24,659 nt of DNA from a virus (IMGVR_UViG_3300037484_000212:1-24659), one strand, 5' to 3'; positions 15,203 through 24,626 are shown, numbered from the stretch's first letter. Notes: a model not told the origin generated them from the letters alone. A program made the numbers and translations.

Positions 15203-15751
15203 ATGGCTAATAATCCTATGGGTCTTGATCTAAGCGATGGAAGCTTAGATGTTTGTAACCTAAAATTTAATGGCGTTTCTTTGGGAAAGACGCTTGATGA
15301 GGTTACGATTGACTACACGGAAGACATTAAGGATATATTCTTTGCTCAGGACGGCACGCAGCCTGCTGATAAGGTTGTGACAGGGCAAGCATATATCGTT
15401 AAAGCCAAACTTGCTCAAACTACATGGGCGAGACTCAAAGAGCTTATGCGCGGCGTGACCGTTGTAGGACATAGCGCTTTGCTCGCGGCAGACTTGTACC
15501 GGAGCGGTAAAGATAATTTTGCTAAAGAGCTTGTATTATCTCTTGCCGATTCCGATGGGGTATCTTCGGCTGTTCCAGAATATATCCTTACATTCTACAA
15601 GGCATATCCCCGCCTTACCGGTCCTATGGCCACATTCGGGCCTGACACCCAGCGCGCGGTTGACGTTGAGTTCTACTGTTTCAGGGACGCGACGCGCCAC
15701 AATGCTTTTGGCGTTTCCGGCCACGCTTCCAGTTTGGGAACCGGCTACTAA
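15203..15751 (+). CDS. Major tail (tube) protein
   Basis: GAGGAG RBS, 182 aa, position before chaperone/TMP, and LGKT...V...Y...DQ-like and LTFYKA...VEFYCF strand pattern. Confidence 0.8.
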   Translation: MANNPMGLDLSDGSLDVCNLKFNGVSLGKTLDEVTIDYTEDIKDIFFAQDGTQPADKVVTGQAYIVKAKLAQTTWARLKELMRGVTVVGHSALLAADLYRSGKDNFAKELVLSLADSDGVSSAVPEYILTFYKAYPRLTGPMATFGPDTQRAVDVEFYCFRDATRHNAFGVSGHASSLGTGY

Positions 15752-15769
15752 AAAACATAAGGAGTAGAC

Positions 15770-16072
15770 ATGATGCAGAGAGAGACAAAGAAGATCATGA
15801 ACCCGGACCCCATTACCTGCGAAGTGCAGGCTATGGATGGGCGCATGAAGACACTCACGGCAAAGACCATGACGCGCGACATCCAAAAGACGTGGGGAGA
15901 GATTGCGTCGGGGACTCATCCGATCAACAAGCTCCCGATGCAGGATCAATCTTACGCGACCGCCGCTTTCATCTATGGCGGGAAAACGGAGGATTACTTC
16001 GATCTTGATATCCGCGTGGTCAACGCCGCCGTGAAGCATTTTACGACTGAACTGCAAAACCCCAGCATGTAG
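15770..16072 (+). CDS. Tail assembly chaperone (G-like)
   Basis: AAGGAG RBS; lies between tube and TMP; ends ...ELQNPSM* with a slippery heptamer. Confidence 0.75.
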   Translation: MMQRETKKIMNPDPITCEVQAMDGRMKTLTAKTMTRDIQKTWGEIASGTHPINKLPMQDQSYATAAFIYGGKTEDYFDLDIRVVNAAVKHFTTELQNPSM

Positions 16073-16404
16073 ACGGGGCATTTCTTCACGGTCCGCTCCG
16101 TCTTATTCACTGGGGGTTTTCGCTCGATGAAGTCGAGCGGTTATTTGCGGATTATGATGTCAGGTTGCCGAGCGTTTTGGTGCGGGAAGTCCTGAAGCTA
16201 CAGGAAACGGATGGACTTCTCCGCCAGCTCGACACCGCTGAGGCGTTCAACGTCGCCTATGTCGGCTCTAAACCGGGGAGCCGCAATTCACGCCAGCTAC
16301 AAAACTGGCGGACGAAGATCATCAACCGGCTCAATAAGCTCGTCTACGGAGGAGCCAGGCAGACTTTATGGGATACCATCGGGCGTAAAGCCAGAAGGTT
16401 CTGA
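16051..16404 (+). CDS. C-terminal part of frameshifted tail chaperone (GT-like), -1 frame
   Basis: Open frame ...KPQHVDGAFLHGPLRLIHWGFSLDEVERLF...IGRKARRF*. No convincing own RBS+ATG; stop is 2 nt before the TMP ATG. Confidence 0.7.
   Translation, partial: TAKPQHVDGAFLHGPLRLIHWGFSLDEVERLFADYDVRLPSVLVREVLKLQETDGLLRQLDTAEAFNVAYVGSKPGSRNSRQLQNWRTKIINRLNKLVYGGARQTLWDTIGRKARRF
16057..16063 (+). promoter_or_regulatory. Candidate -1 ribosomal frameshift heptamer A-AAC-CCC
   Basis: X-XXY-YYZ in the chaperone frame (CAA AAC CCC). The -1 frame is closed by TGA 16048-16050 and open from 16051 to 16404, confining any shift to 16051-16069. Confidence 0.7.
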
Positions 16405-16406
16405 CA

Positions 16407-18683
16407 ATGGCATTCGACGCTGGCAGTATCGTCGGGAAGATCAATCTTGAAACCGGCGAATTTACAGCCGCTTTAACCGGCGCAGTTGCTAAAACGAAGA
16501 GCATGACGAAGAGCATGTTTGATGCTCAAGTCGCTTTTGCCGCCGTCAAAAAAGCCATAAATCTTGTTACTGGATTCGTCAAAGACTCGATAGGCGCATG
16601 GAACGCGCAAGAGCAAGCAATCGCCATCACGCGGGCCACGCTCAAAAGTACGGGTAACGCCATTGGCATGACCGTGAAAGAACTGGTCGACCTTTCCGGT
16701 GAAGTACAAAAAAATACAACCTTCGCGGATGAGAATGTACTCGCCGCGCAGAACATGATCCTTACCTACACGAAAATAGGAAAGGACATTTTTCCGCGCA
16801 CGACGATGGCGATTGCCGATATGTCGGCGCGTATCGGGGACCTGAACGGTAATGCGCGGCTTGTCGGTCGAGCGCTTGAAGACCCGATACGTGGGCTCAC
16901 CATGCTCCAGCGCATGGGCGTAACCTTTTCGGCTTCGCAAAAAGACCAGATAGAAAACTTCGTCAAAACAAATCAACTCGGGAAGGCGCAAGCCATTATC
17001 CTCACCGAGCTTGAAAAGAAGTTCGGCGGAAGCGCGGCCGCTATCCGTAACACGTTCGGCGGGGCCGTGACAGCACTCAATAACACTTGGGGCGACTTTC
17101 AGGAAAACATCGGACAGTATGCGGCGGCCGTAGGCAGACCGCTTGTCGAGAATCTTAATCAGATAGTCGGCGCTATCAATAAATGGCTTACCTCAACGGA
17201 GGGGATGGAAACAATCTCCGATATTCTCTCGAATGTCGCGGCGGCTTTTGAGACTATAAAAATGGTTGCCCAGCCCATTGTTGACGCCATCGGACCGGCG
17301 CTTGCTGAGATCATTGAGCAGATAAAGAAGTCTTTCGCCGATATCGTAGGGCCGGGGAACGAAGCACACGCCATTTTCACCGCTCTCGCTGTCGTTGGAA
17401 AAGTTCTTGCTCTTGTTATAACTGTGATAGCGAAAGTCATCCAGTTTACCATCCAGACGACCGGGAATTTAATCAAAGCCTTTATAATGACCGCCGATGT
17501 TATCGGTAAAATGGTCGATGTGTGGGCACATCTTGGAGACCCGAAATATGCCAAGGCGTTCCTCACGGCCGCCCAGAGCGCGGGGAAGGCATGGGAGACT
17601 TTTGTCGTCGATCAATATAAAGGGGTCGAGGATATAATCAAGGTCGGCGTACTTGGAGTCGTAGACATTTTCAAGACGGCCGATTCTGAAGGCGCGAAGC
17701 TCGAAGCGGCATTTAAAAAAACACAGGAAACACGCAAAAAAGAAATCAAAGATTATCTCAGCGGGACGACCGAAGAATCCGCCAGGCAGATGACAAAACT
17801 GCTTGCCAACGGGGAGGACACCGGCCGCAAGCTCACCGACATCGAGAAGGATTGGGCGGAAGCACGGAAGACCATCGGCGAAAACGAGCTACAGACAAAA
17901 ATCAGACAACTTAAGGATCAAGCAGACAAGTATCGGGAAGTGGCGAAAGACAAGTCTGAAGTTGATAAATGGGTTGCCGCAGAAAGCGAGAAAGCCGCTG
18001 GCAAGACAAAGACGGCATGGGAAAAGGCCGTTGATGATATTACGACCGTATTTGGGCAAGTACAAAACGTCGCTACACAGGTTTGGGGACAGATTAGCGC
18101 GATATGGACCCAGGCGCTGGATAATGAAATGCAAGCGCTTGATAATGATTATGAAAAACGTAAAGCAAACATCGAGGCGAACGTAACCGACGAGGAGGAC
18201 CGGGCCGCACAGCTGGCAGCCCTTGACGAGGAGTACGCCGCCAAGAAACGTGAGATAGAGAAACAACAGTGGATCGCACAGCAGGCCGCGGCGGTTACGC
18301 AGGCGATCATGAACACCGCCACGGGCGTGGCCTCCGCTATCGGCATGGCCTGGCTCTGGCCTTTCAACTTCGTGCTTGCCGGGATCATCGGCGCGTTGGG
18401 AGCCGTGCAGGTTGGCCTTATCGCTAGCCAGCCCATGCCGGCGTTCGCCAGTGGTGGTCTTGCCCAGCCAGGTCTTGCACTGGTAGGTGAGCGCGGCCCT
18501 GAGGTCGTGCAGTTTGAAAGAAGCGCACGGGTATACTCGAATGAAGATAGCCGCGCGATGTTCGGCGGCTCTGGGCCACAGATGAATAACTATTTTGGTG
18601 ACGTCCATAACGATACCGACACCGATCGGGCCAGCGCCATCATCGCGGCGCAATATCGGGCGATGTTGAGGGGGGCCGCATGA
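16407..18683 (+). CDS. Tape measure protein
   Basis: 758 aa, helical and Ala-rich, with GRALEDPIRGLTMLQRMGV, ILTELEKKFGGSA and C-terminal PAFASGG...LVGERGPE motifs. Confidence 0.92.
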   Translation: MAFDAGSIVGKINLETGEFTAALTGAVAKTKSMTKSMFDAQVAFAAVKKAINLVTGFVKDSIGAWNAQEQAIAITRATLKSTGNAIGMTVKELVDLSGEVQKNTTFADENVLAAQNMILTYTKIGKDIFPRTTMAIADMSARIGDLNGNARLVGRALEDPIRGLTMLQRMGVTFSASQKDQIENFVKTNQLGKAQAIILTELEKKFGGSAAAIRNTFGGAVTALNNTWGDFQENIGQYAAAVGRPLVENLNQIVGAINKWLTSTEGMETISDILSNVAAAFETIKMVAQPIVDAIGPALAEIIEQIKKSFADIVGPGNEAHAIFTALAVVGKVLALVITVIAKVIQFTIQTTGNLIKAFIMTADVIGKMVDVWAHLGDPKYAKAFLTAAQSAGKAWETFVVDQYKGVEDIIKVGVLGVVDIFKTADSEGAKLEAAFKKTQETRKKEIKDYLSGTTEESARQMTKLLANGEDTGRKLTDIEKDWAEARKTIGENELQTKIRQLKDQADKYREVAKDKSEVDKWVAAESEKAAGKTKTAWEKAVDDITTVFGQVQNVATQVWGQISAIWTQALDNEMQALDNDYEKRKANIEANVTDEEDRAAQLAALDEEYAAKKREIEKQQWIAQQAAAVTQAIMNTATGVASAIGMAWLWPFNFVLAGIIGALGAVQVGLIASQPMPAFASGGLAQPGLALVGERGPEVVQFERSARVYSNEDSRAMFGGSGPQMNNYFGDVHNDTDTDRASAIIAAQYRAMLRGAA

Positions 18684-19453
18684 GCGCGAATGTATATCTC
18701 ATAGACTCAGACGGCAACCGCTATGATTTCCCTCCAGACTTTTTCCTTGGAGACGATTCATGGCGGGTATCCTCGAACGTCCAGAATATTCCCTTCGCCA
18801 ATGGGGGACGGGACACGGCGGACGGGTTCCTTGAGTCTCGGATCATCGTGGTCACAGGGGCGATCCGGGCCGATAGCCTGGCCGCGTGGGAAACGAAGCT
18901 CAGGGCATTTAAACGGGGCGTGAAGAAGGGCGGTAAGTTCTACGTTTCCGATGATCATGTCCAGCGATTTCTCACCGTCAAAGCCCCGCAAGTATCAAGC
19001 TCCTATATCGGGGAATACCGGATCGAACATCCGGCTACCATTTCATTCGTTGTCGAGTATCCATTTTGGCAGGCCGAAGCTCAAAGCCTTGTCACCACGG
19101 GGACAGGGTTTCTCACTGATGGCGAGGAGTTCAGCGTCGACAACTCCGCTTCTGATGATGTGGCGCTTCCGGTCATCACCATCACCGCCGATCAAGGGGC
19201 CGACGTGCCGTCTGTCATCATCAGAAACTTAACCGACGGCGGGATGGTGTTCGAGTACAACGATCCAAACTTCAAACAAGGCGACATCCTTGAAATCGAC
19301 TCGTTCAACGGCACGGTGAAACGCAACGGCAACTCGACGATTGAATACGTGGTACAGGCCAGATTCCCCCGGCTCCAACCGATGGTTAATACTATAAGAT
19401 ATGAAGGCGCGGACGTGTCCATGGACATCATCTGGCGGGAGATCTATTTATGA
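18680..19453 (+). CDS. Distal tail protein (Dit-like)
   Basis: Follows TMP (ATGA overlap), with SRIIVVTG, ISFVVEYPFW, GDILEIDS and FPRLQPMVNTIRY motifs. Confidence 0.8.
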   Translation: MSANVYLIDSDGNRYDFPPDFFLGDDSWRVSSNVQNIPFANGGRDTADGFLESRIIVVTGAIRADSLAAWETKLRAFKRGVKKGGKFYVSDDHVQRFLTVKAPQVSSSYIGEYRIEHPATISFVVEYPFWQAEAQSLVTTGTGFLTDGEEFSVDNSASDDVALPVITITADQGADVPSVIIRNLTDGGMVFEYNDPNFKQGDILEIDSFNGTVKRNGNSTIEYVVQARFPRLQPMVNTIRYEGADVSMDIIWREIYL

Positions 19454-20670
19454 GCACGCCTTACGGAAGCCCTGCCTACGGCGGCGGCCCTTACGGCGGC
19501 CGGACAGGGACATACACTCCATCCGGGGCGACCATCCTTATCTATGACAGGCTTGGAGGAGCCAAGGGATTTTTTCAGTCCGGTATCGGATCGTTCCTCG
19601 GCCTTGAGTTTGTTCTTGATGAAAACGGTTGCAACTCTTTTACCCTGCATTTTGCCGGGTATGTAGAAATCGACAAGACCGACAGGATACGCATTTTCCT
19701 TTTCGACAACGAGGATCCGTTCTTCTTCGGGGTTGTTCGTTCAGTTCCCATCGATGGTTCGACTTCGCAGGTCTACGATTATTCTGGGTACGGGATGAAT
19801 GACTACCTCCTCCGGCTGTCCACGGGCGAGCTCACCTACGCCGGGGACACCATCGAGGAGATCGTCGCGGATTTGGTTGACTCCATTATCGTCACGGCCG
19901 GCCAGATTACCAAAAACCTTTTGAAACTTCAGGCCCCGGCCACGGTAATCACCTCAATCAACTTTCACTACGTGAGTATCAAAGCGGCATTCGAGGAGCT
20001 CCAGAAAATAGCAAACGCCGACGGGAATGAATACGTGTTCGGCGTCGACGGATGGGGTGACTTCTTTTTCCGGCCCCGGTCAACCGACCTCATGGCGACG
20101 CTCCATGTCGGGCGCGGTCGGTACGGTATCAGTTCATACGAACCAACCGACTCCGGGGAACAGAAAACAAAGCTCCACGTTTTTCGTGACGATGGGACGT
20201 ACTACGGCACATACATCTCGGACGACGCCGACCTCGACATATGGGAAGAGAAACTTACCGCGCCGAAAATAGACGATGCGGATATTGATAACTGGGCGAC
20301 GGGACAGCTCCTCCAGCTCGAACAGGTGACGCGGAGCGCGTCCGTGGTCTGGACGATCTGGCCGCAAAAGCCGCTCCTCCTCACCGCCGATGGACTTATC
20401 CGCGTCCTCTGCGCCCGGCCGCCCACGAATACCACCGTCTCAGGAACACCGTTCGGGGTTGGTTTTTTCGGGGAAGGTCTTTTCGGCGGTGATGTCTATA
20501 CCGGATTCCTTATTGATGATACGCTCAAAGTAAAACGAGTCACCTGCAAACTCGCCGGGAAAGAAAGCTCAAGGGACATCGAACTCGGGACGGTCGAAGT
20601 CGATATGCCGGGCGAAGTCATAAAAGTCTATAAGAATATCGAGGCCCTCCGGGTCTCAAGCGGGAGATAA
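19450..20670 (+). CDS. Baseplate hub / tail tip protein (Tal-like)
   Basis: Follows Dit; 406 aa, acidic, with FFGVV, IVADLV and FGVDGWGDFFFRP patterns. Confidence 0.7.
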   Translation: MSTPYGSPAYGGGPYGGRTGTYTPSGATILIYDRLGGAKGFFQSGIGSFLGLEFVLDENGCNSFTLHFAGYVEIDKTDRIRIFLFDNEDPFFFGVVRSVPIDGSTSQVYDYSGYGMNDYLLRLSTGELTYAGDTIEEIVADLVDSIIVTAGQITKNLLKLQAPATVITSINFHYVSIKAAFEELQKIANADGNEYVFGVDGWGDFFFRPRSTDLMATLHVGRGRYGISSYEPTDSGEQKTKLHVFRDDGTYYGTYISDDADLDIWEEKLTAPKIDDADIDNWATGQLLQLEQVTRSASVVWTIWPQKPLLLTADGLIRVLCARPPTNTTVSGTPFGVGFFGEGLFGGDVYTGFLIDDTLKVKRVTCKLAGKESSRDIELGTVEVDMPGEVIKVYKNIEALRVSSGR

Positions 20671-20671
20671 T

Positions 20672-21496
20672 ATGGCAAACACATTCGTTCGGTTCCCACA
20701 GGTAAACGGCGACAAGGACGCCTGGGCCCCCTACCTCCTCGAACAGCTTGAGGGTGCACTGGGGACGCTCACCGGCCGGCTTTATAATAACGCAGGGGCG
20801 CTCACCGTCCCGAAGTGCCGCATTGGTTTCGATAATGGCCTCACGCGCGGGATTGCCCATATCGACACGGTGACGGCGATTACTCTTCCTCCAGGTGTAA
20901 ACAGTACATGGATTTCGATAGAAATGTTCGCATCGGGATCGGCTGTAGTTTTTATAGCAGAAGAGATCGTGGGCGCGACAGACCCGACCATTATTCCCGC
21001 AAGCGTCCGCGCGGCTTGGGACGGAGAGAAGGGCGGCTTCTATCTGACGGCCACCAAACGTCTCATCGGCCTGGCGTGGAAGTCGGCGGCGGGTGTGCTC
21101 CTGGCCGTGGTGAACTTCGACGGGCAGAAAATATGGGCCTCGCAGATCGGGCTCCATACCGGGACGATTCACGAACAGTACGGGCCGTGGAAAGGCTTTC
21201 GCTTCACATGGAGCGGTTGGAACATGGATACTACGGCTTTTATTACCATCGCCCATTCTCTCGGTGTGTTTTGTGCGGCGGTCGATTCTATCCGCGCGAT
21301 GGTAACAATAGGCGGAGGAGTATCTTTGCCTATAAACATGTTCACAGACGGGGCAGACCCGGCACTCGTAGCAGGTGGTTCCACGGGAGTGTCATTGACA
21401 ACAATCAGTGTGAACCGACGCACGGGCGGAGCATTCGATGGGCCTGTTTATACAAACCAGTCAGGCGTTGTGAAACTAACGATGTTCGATTTTTAG
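20672..21496 (+). CDS. Tail fibre / receptor-binding protein 1 (putative)
   Basis: Position after the hub; beta-rich; N-terminal about 150 aa visibly paralogous to the next gene. Confidence 0.65.
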   Translation: MANTFVRFPQVNGDKDAWAPYLLEQLEGALGTLTGRLYNNAGALTVPKCRIGFDNGLTRGIAHIDTVTAITLPPGVNSTWISIEMFASGSAVVFIAEEIVGATDPTIIPASVRAAWDGEKGGFYLTATKRLIGLAWKSAAGVLLAVVNFDGQKIWASQIGLHTGTIHEQYGPWKGFRFTWSGWNMDTTAFITIAHSLGVFCAAVDSIRAMVTIGGGVSLPINMFTDGADPALVAGGSTGVSLTTISVNRRTGGAFDGPVYTNQSGVVKLTMFDF

Positions 21497-21505
21497 GAGG
21501 GGCCA

Positions 21506-22681
21506 ATGGCCAATCGTTTCGTACAACAGCCGCCAGACGGCGGCCTTTCAGGCCTCTGGGCCGACCCCGAGTCGCGGATCAACTCCCTCGGGCGTGGGGT
21601 ATGCTCCGGCTATCTCTATAATGACGCCGGGGCGCTGAAACTCGCGAAAGGCATGATCGGCCTTGACGACGGCTCGCAAAAGGGCGCGGTCATCATCGAT
21701 ACCGTGCTCACGCTCTCCCTCATCGGCCTCACCGCATCATGCTGGGCGCGGGTGGAAGCTTCGCGGACCGGCACGGTTCCAGCTGTCTCCATCACGTCCA
21801 TAGCTGGCGCGACCAACCCTGCCGCACTTCCCGCTGGGTTCACGGGCGCTTACGACGGCGACAAGCAGGGGTACTACGTCACAGCTACCAAGCGCGTTGT
21901 TGGTTTGGCATGGATCAACGCGGGCGGGGTGCTGGAAGGAGTCATAAACTGCCTCTCCGGTTCCGACTACGCCGGATATTCAACGAGTAATGACGCTTAT
22001 GACACCATCTACAACTTTAACCGTCAAAAGTATTCACTCCCGCTCATCCCCGAGCGAAAGGTCTACGAGCAGACCGGGGTCTTCACCGCCGGGGCATATT
22101 ATCAGTACCAGGCGCACATGGTCACAAACGCCGCGAACTCGTTCAACGCCACCATCCCGGCCGCCAGTGCCGCTCGCGTGGGCCAGCGCATCCGCGTGGA
22201 GAAGGTTGACACCGGAGCCGGGATTACGACAGTCGCAAGGACGGGGGCGGACACGCTCGGGAGCACGGGAGCGACGGCATTTCCACTTCGTGTTCAGGGA
22301 GACTTCATCGAGCTGGAATGCGTTCAGGCGGGGGCTGGCTATAATTGGAGATGTATTGATTCACTGGCTACCCTTGACGGCGCGGCATTTGGCGCAGCCC
22401 AGCATCAAACCCTCGCGCACGGATGCGGTGTCAAGCCACGATTCCTTGAGACGGTCCCGAAGTGCGGAACCGCAGAGCTTGGGTGTGCCATCGGTGATGA
22501 GGCGACGCTGACACCGAATTGGTACGACGGAGGCAGTGATCGGCGATGGGGGACATTGATGGACGCGACGAACATCCACACCGGAACCGGGTCACTCATC
22601 ACCATCATCAGGAAAGACACAGGTGCGCTCGCCGAGATCACGATGGCCAATTGGTACCCACGGTGCCGGTATGAATTGTAG
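21506..22681 (+). CDS. Tail fibre / receptor-binding protein 2 (putative)
   Basis: AGGAGG RBS; shared N-domain; fibre-like modules TIPAAS...RIRVEKVD...TGADTLG and LAHGCGVKP...C..AE.G.AIGDE. Confidence 0.7.
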   Translation: MANRFVQQPPDGGLSGLWADPESRINSLGRGVCSGYLYNDAGALKLAKGMIGLDDGSQKGAVIIDTVLTLSLIGLTASCWARVEASRTGTVPAVSITSIAGATNPAALPAGFTGAYDGDKQGYYVTATKRVVGLAWINAGGVLEGVINCLSGSDYAGYSTSNDAYDTIYNFNRQKYSLPLIPERKVYEQTGVFTAGAYYQYQAHMVTNAANSFNATIPAASAARVGQRIRVEKVDTGAGITTVARTGADTLGSTGATAFPLRVQGDFIELECVQAGAGYNWRCIDSLATLDGAAFGAAQHQTLAHGCGVKPRFLETVPKCGTAELGCAIGDEATLTPNWYDGGSDRRWGTLMDATNIHTGTGSLITIIRKDTGALAEITMANWYPRCRYEL

Positions 22682-22689
22682 GAGATAAA

Positions 22690-23262
22690 ATGAAGCAATC
22701 CGAGAAGATCGACAAAGCATGGGAGCGAATAATGGCGATTAGAAGAATAAAGCCAAAGAATAAGAAACTTAGTCTGCTTCAGATTTTACAGCGCATGGAA
22801 CTATTCACAAAAGAAAATATAATTTTCATGGACCGCATCGAAAAAAAATTGCATGAAATACAGGAACTTGAAATTGAAATTCAAAAAAACCAAATTGAAA
22901 ATACGCTGGGCATGACGGAGGAACTGTCAAAACAGAATGACGTTCTGACGCGGTTTAAAATTGGTATACAGGGGATTGAACATGCAATTTTCGGGGTCCC
23001 AGGAGACCCGAACCAGCCGGGGATCGTCCAGCGGTGTATCCTCCACGCGGAAAAATTCGCCACAATTGATACGTTTATCCGGGGGCATGAACATGAGACC
23101 GCTGTAACCGCTGGGGAATTGATCGGCGAAAGAGATGGAATCCAAAAAGGAAAAACATCAAAGGACCTGACTATAAAATTATGGCAGATGATAACGGGAG
23201 TCATCGCAACTATTGTTTTGAGCGGCGTGCTCCCTATTTTCCTCGCGAGATGCGTGAATTGA
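22690..23262 (+). CDS. Coiled-coil protein with C-terminal TM helix (lysis-region membrane protein)
   Basis: AGGAG RBS, heptad-rich middle, hydrophobic end LWQMITGVIATIVLSGVLPIFL. Confidence 0.6.
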   Translation: MKQSEKIDKAWERIMAIRRIKPKNKKLSLLQILQRMELFTKENIIFMDRIEKKLHEIQELEIEIQKNQIENTLGMTEELSKQNDVLTRFKIGIQGIEHAIFGVPGDPNQPGIVQRCILHAEKFATIDTFIRGHEHETAVTAGELIGERDGIQKGKTSKDLTIKLWQMITGVIATIVLSGVLPIFLARCVN

Positions 23263-23269
23263 GGTGGAT

Positions 23270-23791
23270 ATGATTGTAACTGCGGCCTCTTATATTCTCA
23301 GCAATAAAATCATCGAGATCATATCAAAGCCGGAATACGAGCCGGGGAAGAAGCGGCCGGACGGGACAGAGATTACCTACTGCAACGAATCGTGGGAGCG
23401 CATCGAGCGAGAGCTCGGATTTGATACCAGCGTCCTGCTTGAGATGCAGGGGATCGGCTGGACGGGTGCTACAAAAATATGCGACAACGCGGCGGCCATG
23501 GCGAAGATCGGCAAGGTGTGGGAGATATCTCCCCTACAGGCCCAGCTATTCGCGAACCTGTACGGGATACCAGTCCTCGCGGCCGCGCGTAGGAAAATCG
23601 ACGACAAGTTCCATTCTTCGCATGTCGGGACCGTCGCGCCGACTGACTCGCCATGGAACCCGGCGGCCGGGCCGTATATCGGTCAGTGCGGGTCGGCGCT
23701 TGTACAGGGACATCATTCGGCGTATGATAGCTTTACCCGTTGGGGCCTTGCCTCACCGCATTATTATATCCTGCCGCTCAAGACGGCGTAG
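23270..23791 (+). CDS. Putative endolysin, Cys-His (CHAP/NlpC-P60-like) catalytic domain
   Basis: TYCN followed about 80 aa later by SSHVGTV and IGQCG; located in the lysis region. GAGGT precedes ATG 23270 (GTG 23264 is an alternative start). Confidence 0.55.
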   Translation: MIVTAASYILSNKIIEIISKPEYEPGKKRPDGTEITYCNESWERIERELGFDTSVLLEMQGIGWTGATKICDNAAAMAKIGKVWEISPLQAQLFANLYGIPVLAAARRKIDDKFHSSHVGTVAPTDSPWNPAAGPYIGQCGSALVQGHHSAYDSFTRWGLASPHYYILPLKTA

Positions 23792-23800
23792 GGAGGGAAC

Positions 23801-23947
23801 ATGAACCGTATTCTGTGGTATTTAAAACAATTGTTGCCGCTGACCTATCGATCGCATTACAAGAAAGCGGGCAAGCCGTATTTTTGCGTATGGTGCATGT
23901 GGTTCGGTCGCATTTTCGCAAACGAAGAACATCAAATTGTAGAATAG
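23801..23947 (+). CDS. 48-aa aromatic-rich hypothetical protein (not in ORF track)
   Basis: GGGAGG RBS; MNRILWYLKQLLPLTYRSHYKKAGKPYFCVWCMWFGRIFANEEHQIVE*; fills the intergenic gap. Confidence 0.65.
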   Translation: MNRILWYLKQLLPLTYRSHYKKAGKPYFCVWCMWFGRIFANEEHQIVE

Positions 23948-23955
23948 GGGGATTT

Positions 23956-24306
23956 ATGCTCAAACTTTTGCAGATCGTCACGGTTATCATTTTCGCCGTC
24001 ATGGTATTATTCGGCGGCGCTCTCGTGATTTTCGCCACTGACAAAGTACCTGCGTTCATTCAGTTTGCCGGGTACATCATGCCGGTTTGGCTATTGTCTA
24101 TCACATCCGCGTTGCTCGGAAAACCGATCACCGAAGCGGCGGAAGGTTTGAAGGCGAAATTATCCGCGACTACCACTACGACAACGGCTGACACGGTTAC
24201 TACTATTACCACGCCCGCGATTGGAAAACAGAAACAAGATCCTGACGGTGGAACCATTACTTATGAGGGACCATCGCCGGGCTATCCTGCCGGTGGCGAT
24301 CAGTGA
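23956..24306 (+). CDS. Holin-like two-TM protein with Thr/Pro-rich tail
   Basis: AGGGGG RBS before ATG 23956 (track start 23740 is over-extended); two hydrophobic segments followed by a polar tail. Confidence 0.6.
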   Translation: MLKLLQIVTVIIFAVMVLFGGALVIFATDKVPAFIQFAGYIMPVWLLSITSALLGKPITEAAEGLKAKLSATTTTTTADTVTTITTPAIGKQKQDPDGGTITYEGPSPGYPAGGDQ

Positions 24307-24626
24307 CACCGCTGGCGTGGGTCGGTATCGGGTGCGGCCTGGCGGGCGCGTTCCTTGTCGCCGCTTGCATCTTCGCCGCTGTCAAAAAAATAGCAATCGG
24401 TGACGCCCTGAAAGTTTATTTTTTCGGGTTGGCGTCTGCCATTCTTCTCACCGCCGGAATCCTGGCGGCAATCTTCCTCGGGAGAAAAAAGCATGATCAA
24501 GACGTTACTGACATTTTTCCTCCTCCTGATTCTGGGGCATCCGGTATCGGCGCAACTTTGGACGCGACCAGAGATCGAATCCATGATCGGATCAAAGCAA
24601 TCATTCTCTCGGGCGGAAGTGATTGA
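24303..24626 (+). CDS. Two-TM membrane protein (holin or inner-spanin-like)
   Basis: GTGA overlap; two hydrophobic helices and a short helical C-terminus. Confidence 0.55.
   Translation: MTPLAWVGIGCGLAGAFLVAACIFAAVKKIAIGDALKVYFFGLASAILLTAGILAAIFLGRKKHDQDVTDIFPPPDSGASGIGATLDATRDRIHDRIKAIILSGGSD

Noticed and set aside
15203-15600. Somewhat T-rich codon usage in the tail tube gene
   Set aside because: The shift is mild by eye and has no clear boundaries. It could reflect expression bias or an old exchange and cannot be supported without computation.
20672-22681. Diversity-generating retroelement or invertible fibre switch
   Set aside because: No reverse transcriptase, invertase, inverted repeats or near-identical adenine-variant repeat was seen. 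The paralogy is at protein level and N-terminal.
21-24584. Numerous minus-strand and alternate-frame ORFs in the track (e.g. 5925-6647, 17889-18653, 20908-21621)
   Set aside because: They are shadows of GC3-rich plus-strand genes, with no RBS or motifs, and the plus strand is already fully tiled.
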